Positions 53,001 to 62,339 of a stretch of 64,000 nucleotides of DNA are shown here, piece after piece; position 1 is the first letter of the stretch, and every line of letters starts with the position of its first letter. The notes below the pieces were generated by a model. That model was not told where the DNA came from, did not search any database, and saw only the letters and a program-made list of their open reading frames with translations. The stretch covers positions 55,738,001 through 55,802,000 of the forward strand of contig NC_043002.1 of NCBI RefSeq assembly GCF_006345805.1, read 5' to 3'. This stretch comes from Octopus sinensis (taxonomy: Eukaryota). The position numbers were made by a program, and so were the translations under genes.

Positions 53001-55705
53001 TCTTCTATACATATGTGTGTGTGTGTGTGTGTGTGTGTGTACACACACACACACACGACAGGCTTCTTTCAGTTTCCATCAACCAAATCCACTCACAAAG
53101 CTTTGGTCAGCCCAAGGCTATAGTAGAAAACACTTGCCCAAGGTGTCACACAGTGGGACTGAACCCAAGATTACATGGCTGGCAAGCAAGTTTCTCAACC
53201 ACTCAGCTACACTCGCCCCTATATGAGCCACATCAGATGATGATAAATATTAACTGCTATATTTATAAACCTTCATTAAATATTGTTTATAAACTTTCAT
53301 GTGAGATCTACCTCAGCAGAAAGGAGGTTTCAAAAGTTGAACAATTCTTCTTTCTATTCACATACAATCACAAAGCATGGCTGCTGTCAGACAGCCATGA
53401 ATTAAAGATGTCCAGCCATTTGAGAAATAGAATACTGCTACATCCTGTTGATTAGATTAAGAATAGCTGAGCCCTTGCTGCCCCACTCAGGTGAAATGTA
53501 CAGACTAAGGGGCAAAGTGCTTGTTGCCCTGAGACACCTGTTAATGATATGGAAGGGTTTCCAGTATTGCAATGAATTTAGAAGAGTTTGCAAAAGATTT
53601 GGGTGGCTCCTACAGTTTCTTCATTGGGCAAAGCATCTCTGGTGTTTATTTTACCTGAGTTTTAATGAAAACAAATCATAATTTTGTTAATTTAATGTCC
53701 AAACAGTAGCAAAACAACAAGCAAGGACATTCAACTGCAAATAAAGAAGAGCCAGTTTCCAAACAGGCTGAGTTTAGCACTTTAGTAAAAATTAAACAAA
53801 ATGAAATTTAGTAACTTACTAGTCTTTTAACTCGGTATCGGACAACTTCTCAGCTTGTTGTTGCAAAGACACAAATATATCTAAAAGCAGTTTAAAATCA
53901 TGTTACATTACAGAAGCACAAGTATATCCAGACAACATAATATTTCCCCATCACCCAGATATGTTTTTACAAAAGACTGGAAATGAACACCACATGTATG
54001 GTGGTGATGCTCCTTTACAACCATCACATGATAAGAGTATAGACATTACACACACACATATAATGTGTTGTTACTCATAATGTTCTCTACACCCCCACCA
54101 TCCCATCTTCACATAGAACCATCAAATTCTATCCTCATGCAGTTTCACTTTCTCTCTCTTTCATCCCTTCTCCTGCACCCTACCCAACCATGTCATCTCT
54201 CTCTCTCTCGTCCTCCCTCTGTCAACTGCATCATCATTACTATCTTGTTGCTGCTCTCTTCTTGTATCCCTCTACCTTCCCCAACTCACACACTGTTGGC
54301 CATCCTTACCCCTACGCCCATCTTTCAACTGTACCCAATCCTTACAAACATTGCCTCCTGTTTCCCCCATCTCCAGCCCCACACTTCATACACTCTTGTA
54401 AGCCCCCAACTCACCCAAACTTCTCGTTCCTCTGTCCCAAATCACTTCTACTAACCTCAAATCTTGAGGTACCACCTCCATGACTGATTTATTCTCTCCT
54501 TTTCTTCTAAATGTGAGTAGCCATGGAGCTCCCCTACAAGAAGAACCTGCTCTACCCCATCCCTTTTTCTCATACCTTAACCCTCATCTGCTAGCCTAAA
54601 GCCCCTTCCCTCCAGTTTAATAGGGTCGCAAGTACTGGTAGCATGAGAAAAGCACCCAGTACACACTCTTGGAGTGGTGGGCATTAGGAAGGGCATCCAG
54701 CTATAGAAACCCTGCCAAAGCAGACAATAGAGCTTGGTGCAGTTCCTGCACCCATCAGACCTTATTCAGTTGTCCCAACCCACGCCAGCACAAAACATCG
54801 TTAAATGAAGATTATATATATATATATGTATACATACATATGCAAAACAATGGTCTTCTTTCAATTTCCATCTACCAAATCCCTTCACTAGGTTTCAGTG
54901 AGGCCAAAGCTATGGTAGAAGATACATGCCCAAGGTGCCATACAGTGGGACTGAACCCAGGGCCAGATGGTTGGGAAGCAAGCTTCTCAACCACACAGAC
55001 ACACCTGTGCTTTGGTGAACACAGCACAGAGCTAGGGCAAAGGACTGGCAGTCAATCTTATTTTGATGCTTATATGTATTTTCTGTGATCATCTGGATTG
55101 GTGAGTGGTGGTGGCCATGGTGGTCGGGTGGTGGAGGAAGTGTATTACTTTGCATGTTAATCAATAGGTAACAGTTATTGCTCATCAAATACTAATTAAC
55201 AATACTTACTGTGGGACTCGTTTACGAGACGCCGCATAATTGGTGCCTCCATTTCTTTCTCCCATTTCACTTCGTGTAAGCCACCGCCAGCATGTAGATT
55301 CTGGTTTATGTGATCTGCAACAATACCAGAAAGAAAAAAAAAAAAAAGAAATGATATTACATGGTGTAAAAAATGTAACTATTCCTTAAATCTGGAAAAA
55401 ATTCTAAGGTGTTCATCTGGTGTTAAGTGGATGATGGGTTGCCTCACAGCCAACCTGAATATCATGTCAGGTAACATTCACAAGCAACGTTCGCATTTCA
55501 CAATTAAACAATTTGTTGTTCTTTTACTTGTTTCACTCATTTGACTGTGGCCATGCTGGAGCACCACCATTGGTCAAACAAATCGACCCCTAGGACTTAT
55601 TCCTTGTAAGCCTACTACTTATTCTATTGGTTTTTTTGCTGAACCGCTAAGTTATGGGGATGTAAACACACCAACATCAATTACCAAGCAATAGTGGGAG
55701 GACAA

Positions 55706-55742
<37 letters not shown>

Positions 55743-58700
55743 ACAGGCTTCTTTCAGTTTCCATCTACCAAATCCACTCCCAAAGCTTTGGTTGGCCCAA
55801 GGCTTTAGTAGATGACACTTGCCCAAGGTGCCATGCAATGGGACTGATACTGGAACCGTATGGTCAGGAAGTAAGCTACTTATCATACAGCCACTCTTGC
55901 ACCTATATTTGCTTTTGCTTGAATCAATTTTGAAAATAACAAAGAGTTTAGTAAAACAATTGTTATTAATCTGATGTCTATAAAAAATAAAATGAAATTT
56001 TGATGGAAGGGTTTGAGATCATTTTAAAGCAAGAAGTCTGTGTCATAGAAACAAGGTATTAAGAGATTTATACCAGAAAAATTCTTGTTGTTAGAAAAAA
56101 CTGTAATAATATGTGTAAATAATGTGACAGCAGGAACATTATAATCTAAGTTTAGCTTCAGATAAATAAAAATAGAATGTTCTGCCTATAACAAAACATT
56201 TCTCTAAACTCGATATTTTCTTTCTTCTATTTGGAAAGGGGAATCTTTGCTGAAACATAGGGTCATTAAACATTCTATGTAAGGAAATACAACAGCAGTT
56301 TTTCTCTTATGACATCATTGAAAATATTTCGGCCAACTGCTCCCCTGCAATGCTCTCTTCACCCACCGAACATTTATATCATTAAAAGTAAAACATTATA
56401 GAGCTGTAGTACTTGATCTGAGATCATGTACTGAAACAAAAACAATTGCAGCACAAAAATATTTTGACACAAATTAAATTTAAATGTTGAAGTGAAACTA
56501 ACGGTTTTTGTGTGTTCTGAAATGGCTTACAAACATGATCCATGCTGCAAAGTAAAATAGTTTCTATGGACTGCACTGGTATGGTCATGTGCTGCATATG
56601 GATGAGTACAGCTGCATGAAAAAAGGTCACACCCTAGCAGTAGAGGGAACCTGTGGAAGAGGTAGACCCAAGAAGACTTGGGATGAGGTGGTGAAGCATG
56701 ACCCTCAAACATTGGGCCTCACCGAGGCGGTGACAAGTAACCAAGACCTTTGGAGATATGCTGTGCTTGAGAAGACCCAGCAAGCCAAGTTAGACCGTAA
56801 CCGTGGCCAATGCCAGTGCAGCGTAACCAGCCTATTTAAGAGCACCCTTCAATCATTGGGCAATAAACTGTGCTTGCAAAGACCTGTTGAGTCAAGTGAA
56901 GTTGTTGTCGTGGCTGTTAGTTAGTACTGCCTGATTGGCACGTGAAAAGCACCATTCAAGTGTGGCTGATGCCAGTACCACCCGACTGGCCCTCATACCA
57001 GTGGCACATAAAAAGCACCCATTACAATCTCGGAATGGCTGACGTTAAGAAGGGCATCCAGCAGTAGAAACATTGCCAGATTGGATTGGAGCCTCCTGGC
57101 TCGCCAGCCCTCAGTGAAACTGTCCAACCCATGCCAGCATGGAAAGCAGACGTTAAATGATGATGATGATAGAACATCTCTGCATTTTGATACATAGTCA
57201 ACAAAATACAGAAGTCTTATTTGATGTGGTTAAGTGAATAAGACACACTCTTTGGTTGACAATCTGGTCACATAAGATTCAGCCACTTCCCCTTCATCAT
57301 TCTCATCTCCAAAAATAGGGCTAGATAAATCAATGCAGTTGTGGACAATCAAGCTTAAGGTTAGTGGTTCATTTCCTTGCATTCACTTTGTGTAGTGTCC
57401 ATAGTCAGAACATTCAGCTCTCAATAAATCAGACCAACTTTACTAAAAGTACATATACATAATGTGTAATTACTATTACAATGCCTTGGCTTGCACTGAA
57501 GTGTTCACCTTGTTCACCATGCTTCCTCATTACACGTAAGGTAAGTACATAACCTATGTGTATAGTGAGGAAGATCCACATGAAAAATAAACATTAAATG
57601 GAGGAGGAGTACGGGATATAAAATCACTAAAGAAACAGGTGTAAAGTTGAAAAAGATTATGACACAAACCTGCATCATTGCATGCTTTGCTGGCGCCACC
57701 ATAAACCATTAATTTGTTACCAATTCCACAAACTGCAACAAGGCCATGACTAGTTGACACAGGATCAGCAATTTTCTAAATAAAAATATAAAGAATTAAA
57801 TAACAATAAATAATAACATTTATAACATAGCAACAAATGCTTCTATAAAAAGCAGAGCCAAATTCTTTTAAATATAGCCACCTTACCATTCAAGAATTTA
57901 ATTGGAAGAATTTAAGAAATACAAAATTGTTATGCATGGAAGCATAACATGCTTCCAAACCATGCGGTCTGGGGTTCATCCCAATGAATGGCACCTTGAA
58001 CAAGTGCCTTCTACTCCAGCCCCAGGTTGACCAAAGCCTTGTGAGTGGATGTGAAAGAATTCCTTTGTGTGTGTGAGAGAGAGAAAGAGAGAGAGGGTGT
58101 CTGTCTCCTTATCCTGACACTGTGTGATAGTTATAAACAAGAGTCTCTGTTGTTCATTTCTAATATTCCATAGAAACATGTCAGACCATGGGAAATATCA
58201 CCTTGCTTGGAAACTGGTGAGGGTTGGCATCAGGAAGGGCATCCGGCCATAGAAAATCTACCTTTCTAAATTCCATCTGATTCATGCAAATGTTGAAAAG
58301 TGGACAGGTGTAGCGGTGTGGTAAGAAGTTTGCTTCCCAACCACATGGTTCCAGGTTCAGTCCCACTGTATGGCACCTTGGGCAAGCACTTTCTACTATA
58401 GCCTCAGGTTAACCAAAGCCCTGAGCGGATTTGATAGATGGAAACTGTAAGAAGCCCATCATATATATATTTATGCCTTTGTGCTTGATAACCAGTGTTA
58501 GTGCGTTTACATCCCTGTAACTTAGCAGTTCAGCAAAAGAGACCAAAAGAATAAGTAGCTGGCTTTAAAAAAATAAGTGCTAGGATTGATACATCTGACT
58601 ACAAATTCTTCAAGGCAGTGCCCCAGCATGGTCACAGTCTAATGATGGAAACCAGTAAAAAATAAATGATGATGATGACAATGATCTGAAAAGATTTAAG

Positions 58701-60854
58701 GTTTCTGTTTTTCCTAAGAACTTAAAAACAAAATACTTTCAACAGGGAATCAAAAGACAGTTTTGGTTCTCCTCGACTTTGGGCAAAATGTCTTCTGTGT
58801 AGATCCAGTTAGATCCATGACTTTTGAGTGAATTTCGTAAATAGAAATGGTTTTGGAAGCCCATCACATGTAAGTAGGTGTGTGTGTGTGTGTGTGTGTG
58901 TGTGCATTGTGGTTGTCCCCACCACTGTTTGACTGCTGGTGTTGGTTTGTTTATGTCTTCACAATTTGGCTGGTGGTGGTGCTACATAAAAAGCACCAGT
59001 GCTGGTGCCACGTAAAAGGTACCCAGTACATTCTGTTGTGTAATTGGTATTAGGAAGGGCGCCCAGTTATAGAAAGCATGTCAAAACAGACACTGGAACA
59101 TGATGCAGCTCCTGTCAGTGTCCAACCCATGCCAGCATGGAAAACGGACATTAAATGATGATGGTGACGATGATGATGAATTTAGCATTTTGGCAAAAGA
59201 ATCGGTCTCAGACTTCAAAGAATAACTACTGAGGTCAAATAGTTCGACTAAACGCTTCAATGTGATGCCCCAGCATAGCCGCAGTCCAATGACACAAATA
59301 AAAGATGAAAAATATAGAATTTTAGTCCATTTTAATGAACAAAACAGTTTATCAACAATAGAAATAAGTTTAATTAATACACTTGGTAAATAAACGAGGG
59401 ACCTTATTGATTATCTTGTTATTGTTTAGCATGGCCAACCCTAATCAAGCAGAACTATAATCAAAGATATTCCAATCGTAACCATCTCAGGAATTTAGGG
59501 TTACATTATACAACAGGGCGCGATGTGATTTGAAGGAGATTTGGCTGCTATTTTTAGCAAGTCAGGAATAGAACCGGTGACATTGTGTGCATTCAGGTTT
59601 AAATCTGGTACCTTAAGTTTTGTGAGAATCCTTAATTTCAAAAGGCTTTTAAGTCACTAATTTAGCAGCCAGTTCTAGTTGATAAAAGACTAAGGAACAG
59701 TAACAAGAAAAGCGGAAAGCGAAACAAAAGAGACTAGTGAAAGAGGAAAAATGTAAAATAGAAAAAAATGAATGGAAGAAAAAAAATTGAGGTTGTGTTT
59801 AGGTATTTACGGAGGAGACGTTTTGTGTCGTAATAATGGGAAGACGATGAATGTGGAAGATTTTTTCTTACATGACAATATAGGTGCAGGCGTGGCTGGG
59901 GAGAAACCAGCTGCTTCCCAAACCACATGGTTCCGGGGCACCGAAGATAAGTGGTTTTTACTATAGCCACGAGCCAGAAACTGAAAGAAGCTTGTTATAT
60001 ATGTGTGTGCGTGTGCATCCACCACCGCTTGATAACAGGTGTTGGTGCATTTACGTCTCCGTAACTTAGCGGCTTGGTAAGACACCGATAGAATAAGTAC
60101 CAGGCTTTAAAACCATACGTACTGGGGTCGGTGGGGAGTCGACTCATTCAACTAAAAATTCTTTAAGCCGGGGCCCCAGCATGGCCGCAGTCCAAGTAAA
60201 CAATAAAAGATGACCTATCTTTAATATTAATTAGTGATGGTCTACGACTCATTTGACCAATTTCACTGAAAGCATACGAAGAATCGCATAATTCTTCTTC
60301 GCATTGAACAAAACGTACCCGTTATTATTGTTTAGGTTAGTTAAAATTTCTTTCTAAACCACAGAAACCACGTGTACATGCTGAAGTTCAACTCACAACT
60401 AAAAAGTACTTTTTAATACAATTTAATTACTAATTATTATTATATTAAGGCTTTAGAATCAGTCCCTGTTGCGAAAGGGTGGGTATATTTACATTGGTTG
60501 ATTCCGTATGAAATTTTATAAATTACTTTGTTTATTCAGAGAAACCTGTTAAATATTCCGAAGGAATGCCTATACTTGTAAATAATAGACCCTTTTACAA
60601 ACAAATATACGTGATAAAATAAGTAAAATCAAGAACAGCCGAAAAACCCAACACGATATCGTTTGTGAAGCCGACATTTCAATAATTCAGTTAAATTCAA
60701 AGAGATTTGAAACTTCTTAGTAAAATTATTGTCATTTAAATACAACATTATTAATAACGGTTCGTTGAATTGTTATTTTAACAGTTAAATATTTCAGGTA
60801 AAGGGTTAATAAACAAACCAGTTCAGGGATCTCTCGTTCCCGCTTCTTCGCCAT
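17439..60854 (-). CDS. NUP85: Nuclear pore complex protein Nup85, complete (22 coding exons, 658 aa)
   Basis: complement(join(60854..60819,57775..57670,55314..55210,53880..53820,51069..50999,49559..49446,47646..47525,46211..46086,42425..42297,40742..40611,38633..38530,37197..37114,34980..34915,34385..34335,32315..32215,31281..31196,28346..28315,26576..26476,22738..22639,20093..20042,18473..18381,17543..17439)) = 1977 nt, open frame, all GT-AG. Nup85 motifs: [97 protein letters not shown]. Confidence 0.97.
18381..18473 (-). CDS. NUP85: NUP85 exon 21 ([19 protein letters not shown]..)
   Basis: ttctag / gtatgc; 93 nt. Confidence 0.95.
20042..20093 (-). CDS. NUP85: NUP85 exon 20 ([17 protein letters not shown])
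   Basis: tttcag / gtaaga; 52 nt. Confidence 0.96.
20222..20562 (-). mobile_element. tRNA-derived SINE with CTTGAGCAAGACACT..TTGCTCCAGTTCACTCAGC central domain (V/Meta-like, inferred)
   Basis: A and B boxes in the head; copies at 6610..6912, 8450..8768; related heads or tails at 36665..36968 and 40995..41390. Confidence 0.8.
22148..22534 (-). mobile_element. Full-length SINE, tail type A
   Basis: Same family as 3487..3995. Confidence 0.85.
22639..22738 (-). CDS. NUP85: NUP85 exon 19 ([18 protein letters not shown])
   Basis: catcag / gtaagt; 100 nt. Confidence 0.96.
24790..25380 (-). mobile_element. Old RTE-clade LINE 3' remnant (different family)
   Basis: Decayed TLLYG..AWT..KLNGFH..RIPK..ELTDGKR motifs. 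Confidence 0.6.
26476..26576 (-). CDS. NUP85: NUP85 exon 18 ([25 protein letters not shown])
   Basis: taatag / gtaagt; 101 nt. Confidence 0.96.
26779..27017. mobile_element. Mariner-type MITE
   Basis: TA TSD (26777..26778, 27018..27019); TIR ttgggttggtgcataattattg resembles mariner TTAGGTTGGTGC termini. Confidence 0.85.
27145..28010 (+). mobile_element. Two head-to-tail SINE copies, tail type A
   Basis: 27145..27520 and 27555..28010. Confidence 0.85.
28315..28346 (-). CDS. NUP85: NUP85 exon 17 ([10 protein letters not shown])
   Basis: ttacag / gtaagc; 32 nt, phases 0 to 2 fit both neighbours. Confidence 0.92.
28653..30536 (+). mobile_element. Decayed full-length pogo-superfamily (Tc1/mariner) DNA transposon in NUP85 intron 16
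   Basis: TA TSD at 28651..28652 and 30537..30538; TIRs ctgtatttgcccgaaaataagac / gtcttattttcagagaaacacag; transposase remnant with [16 protein letters not shown] and LQAPD..NKPFKD, broken by stops and frameshifts. Confidence 0.9.
31196..31281 (-). CDS. NUP85: NUP85 exon 16 ([28 protein letters not shown])
   Basis: tggtag / gtgaga; 86 nt. Confidence 0.95.
32215..32315 (-). CDS. NUP85: NUP85 exon 15 ([33 protein letters not shown])
   Basis: ctgcag / gtgggt; 101 nt. Confidence 0.96.
32800..33713. mobile_element. Long-TIR foldback element with 8-bp TSD (Merlin-like, inferred)
   Basis: Near-identical arms of about 250 bp starting GGATCTTTTC; TSD tttttgta at 32792..32799 and 33714..33721; RTE tail fragment inserted at 33343..33503. 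Confidence 0.85.
34094..34314. mobile_element. piggyBac-like MITE, second copy
   Basis: Similar to 759..962 along its length; termini slightly decayed. Confidence 0.75.
34335..34385 (-). CDS. NUP85: NUP85 exon 14 ([16 protein letters not shown])
   Basis: ttgcag / gtaaga; 51 nt. Confidence 0.95.
34915..34980 (-). CDS. NUP85: NUP85 exon 13 ([21 protein letters not shown])
   Basis: ttaaag / gtaaga; 66 nt. Confidence 0.95.
37114..37197 (-). CDS. NUP85: NUP85 exon 12 ([18 protein letters not shown]..)
   Basis: ttacag / gttagt; 84 nt. Confidence 0.96.
38530..38633 (-). CDS. NUP85: NUP85 exon 11 (..[20 protein letters not shown])
   Basis: ttccag / gtgagt; 104 nt. Confidence 0.96.
38780..39470 (-). 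mobile_element. RTE-type LINE 3' fragment
   Basis: [45 protein letters not shown]; then 3' UTR. Confidence 0.9.
39472..39771. mobile_element. tRNA-headed SINE-like element with hammerhead tail; head inverted relative to body
   Basis: - strand head with A box (39582..39572 TGGCCTAGTGG), B box (39537..39528 GTTCGATTCC) and (AAT)n; + strand body from about 39600. Confidence 0.7.
39653..39695 (+). ncRNA. Degenerate hammerhead-like motif (family 1)
   Basis: GACAC CTGACGA A GGCTG-loop-CGGTC AAAA T GTGTT; the GAAACGTT part is damaged; complementary partial copies at 62902..62929 (-), 63594..63616 (+), about 38745..38770 (-). Confidence 0.5.
40611..40742 (-). CDS. NUP85: NUP85 exon 10 ([20 protein letters not shown]..)
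   Basis: tttcag / gtaagt; 132 nt. Confidence 0.96.
42297..42425 (-). CDS. NUP85: NUP85 exon 9 (..[20 protein letters not shown])
   Basis: ttgcag / gtaaat; 129 nt. Confidence 0.96.
43560..44432 (+). mobile_element. RTE-type LINE ORF fragment (between endonuclease and RT start), frameshifted
   Basis: ..VWKLKD..EDNWRFL..; [22 protein letters not shown]; ends near CYKGKGD. Confidence 0.9.
46086..46211 (-). CDS. NUP85: NUP85 exon 8 ([26 protein letters not shown])
   Basis: tttcag / gtaagt; 126 nt. Confidence 0.95.
46305..46588. mobile_element. Palindromic foldback MITE (arms about 135 bp) in NUP85 intron 7
   Basis: attgttgtaaagattgtttg..caaacaatctttacaacaat with a short central loop near 46445. 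Confidence 0.85.
46720..47105 (+). mobile_element. Old RTE-clade LINE 3' remnant (third family)
   Basis: Decayed [31 protein letters not shown] motifs. Confidence 0.65.
47525..47646 (-). CDS. NUP85: NUP85 exon 7 (..[20 protein letters not shown])
   Basis: gttcag / gtgagt; 122 nt. Confidence 0.95.
48366..48844. repeat. Diverged direct repeat pair (48366..48509 and 48690..48844)
   Basis: Shared blocks gtatctat(c/a)actgaggaggtgaaa, tgtttttacac, agacaaaa..ctgcag, gccattc. Confidence 0.7.
49096..49320. mobile_element. Second TTAACCC-type MITE family, decayed
   Basis: Related sequence at about 18820..19030 (-) and 55900..56070 (+). Confidence 0.55.
49446..49559 (-). CDS. NUP85: NUP85 exon 6 (..[17 protein letters not shown])
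   Basis: tttcag / gtaatc; 114 nt. Confidence 0.96.
50999..51069 (-). CDS. NUP85: NUP85 exon 5 ([23 protein letters not shown])
   Basis: tttcag / gtaagt; 71 nt. Confidence 0.93.
53820..53880 (-). CDS. NUP85: NUP85 exon 4 ([19 protein letters not shown])
   Basis: ttttag / gtaagt; 61 nt. Confidence 0.92.
55210..55314 (-). CDS. NUP85: NUP85 exon 3 (..[13 protein letters not shown])
   Basis: ttgcag / gtaagt; 105 nt. Confidence 0.93.
56555..57170 (+). mobile_element. RTE-type LINE 3' end with (GAT)n tail
   Basis: [22 protein letters not shown]..; UTR; AAATGATGATGAT tail. Confidence 0.88.
57670..57775 (-). CDS. NUP85: NUP85 exon 2 ([35 protein letters not shown])
   Basis: tttatttag acceptor, gtttgt donor; 106 nt. 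Confidence 0.85.
57940..58305 (+). mobile_element. SINE with the same head but a different body and RTE-like tail (type B)
   Basis: Tail GGAAGGGCATCCGGCCATAGAAAATC..GAAAAGTGGAC resembles the RTE 3' end; other copies near 1..230 (-), 24050..24390 (-), 35330..35690 (-). Confidence 0.75.
60819..60854 (-). CDS. NUP85: NUP85 exon 1 ([12 protein letters not shown])
   Basis: ATG at 60854..60852, gtttgt donor, phase 0 fits exon 2; short and poorly conserved, so the least certain exon. Confidence 0.7.
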
Positions 60855-60975
60855 TACTAAAACCTGACACTATTTCTATCTTCGCTTTGAAGACTGATTA
60901 TACGGTGTAAATATTATTATGTTCCGCCAGAAATTTTCTTCCGTCTTTGTTTATTTTGTTGATTTATCTAATATA
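60855..60975 (-). promoter_or_regulatory. Candidate NUP85 5' UTR / core promoter
   Basis: 121 nt of unique sequence between the ATG and an RTE tail; CGGAAG (ETS core, 60943..60938) and GGCGGAA (60928..60922) on the - strand. Confidence 0.4.
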
Positions 60976-61620
60976 ATCATCATCATCATCGTTAAACGTC
61001 CGTTTTCCGTGCTAGCATGGGTTGGACGGTTCAACTGGGGTCTGAGAAGCCAGAAGGCTGCGCCAAGCCCAGTCTGATCTGGCAGTGTTTCTACAGCTGG
61101 ATGCCCTTCCTAACGCCAACCACTCCGAGAGTGTAGTGGGTGCTTTTTATGTGCCACCGGCACGGGTCCCAGACGATGCTGGCAAACGGCCACGATCGGA
61201 TGGTGCTTTTTACGTGCCACCGGCACGGGGGCCAGACGAGGCTGGCAACGGCCACAATCGGATGGTGCTTTTTACGTGCCACCGGCACGGAGGCCAGTCG
61301 GGGCGGCGCTGGCAACGGCCACGTTCGGATGGTTCTCTTACGTGCCACCGACACTGTTATCTCAGCTACAATTTCCATTGATGTTGAAAGATTTCGATTT
61401 CGATTTTCACTTGCCTCAACAGGTCTTCACAAGTAGGGTTTGTGTCACAAGAAGGAAAGGTATGCATAAGTGGGCTGGCTACGTCCCAGGTAGAGGCCAT
61501 GGGTTATGGTCTCACTTGTCCTGCCGGGCCTTCCCACGCACAGCATACTTCCAAAGGTCTCGGTCTCTGGTCATTTCCTCGGTGAGACCTAAAGTTCGAA
61601 GGTCGTTCTTCACCACCTGT
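60976..61620 (-). mobile_element. Young 5'-truncated RTE-type LINE (ORF end, 3' UTR with about four internal subrepeats, (GAT)n tail)
   Basis: VVKNDLRTLGLTEEMTRDRDLWKYAV; CpG-rich; same 3' UTR as 44762..45080, 21880..22135 and 43195..43515. Confidence 0.9.
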
Positions 61621-61899
61621 GAAAACTAATCTGTGTGTCAGTGTGACACACTTAGACCCCGCTCTCTTACTATTCAATGACACTCCTACTATTTCTCATG
61701 GTGGGGTGAGAGTAATTGTAGACATAAAGATGGTGAGTGCAGTGGCGAAGACAGACAGAGAGAGAGAGAAAGAGTGGCTATGAGAGAGAAAGAGGGAGAT
61801 GATGTACAACTTCATTTAACCAAGTCTCTAGTCCTGTCGCCAACATACTGAACATATCATTTTTGTTTTATTTTTTGCTTTCTTTAATACATACATATA

Positions 61900-62045
61900 T
61901 ATAACAATTGCAGCGTGGAAGGTATTTATAAGCCATTTAAGAAACACAAAAACCGTTAGATTCACTTCAACATTTAAATTTAATTTGTCAAAATATTTTC
62001 GTAGCTTTGAGACCGCGACCTGTTCACCGACAAAACTTCATGCTG
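61900..62045 (-). mobile_element. Penelope-like terminal-repeat fragment carrying the G3-C8 hammerhead
   Basis: A second degenerate copy lies at about 56441..56550 (+); minimal hammerheads with palindromic helix III are characteristic of Penelope-like element termini. Confidence 0.5.
61984..62034 (-). ncRNA. Minimal type I hammerhead ribozyme-like motif, G3-C8 core variant
   Basis: - strand: TTTGTCG GTGAACA G GTCGC GGTCTCAAA GCTAC GAAA ATATTT TGACAAA = stem I / core / stem II / GAAA / palindromic AATATT / stem I. Confidence 0.65.
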
Positions 62046-62339
62046 TATCTGTAAATCTTATTTAAACTTAGTTTTAGGTCCTCCCACATCATTAAACATA
62101 CACGGGAGATTTTCTTGTGTAGTCCATCTGTTACAGTTTTTTCCTCACACCTACGTGACTGCCCTTCCTAATGCCAACCATTTTACAGAGTGGACTGGGT
62201 GCTTTTTACATGGCAGCAGCACCAGAGCTTCATGTGTGGCACTAGTACCAGTGCTTTATATGTTGTTACAGCACAGGTGCTTGTCAGTGGCACCAGCACA
62301 AATGTTCTCAGGACTGGACCCTTTCCCATTTTCTTTCTT

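Noticed and set aside
53448-53681. 77-aa + strand ORF in NUP85 intron 4
   Set aside because: No recognisable motif or splice context; length is within chance expectation.
54065-54483. 129-aa and 97-aa Pro/Leu/His-rich ORFs
   Set aside because: Pyrimidine-rich low-complexity repeat joined to RTE scraps; no splice or homology support.
17439-60854. U12-type or non-canonical introns
   Set aside because: All inferred introns in both genes are GT-AG and none has the GTATCCTT donor.
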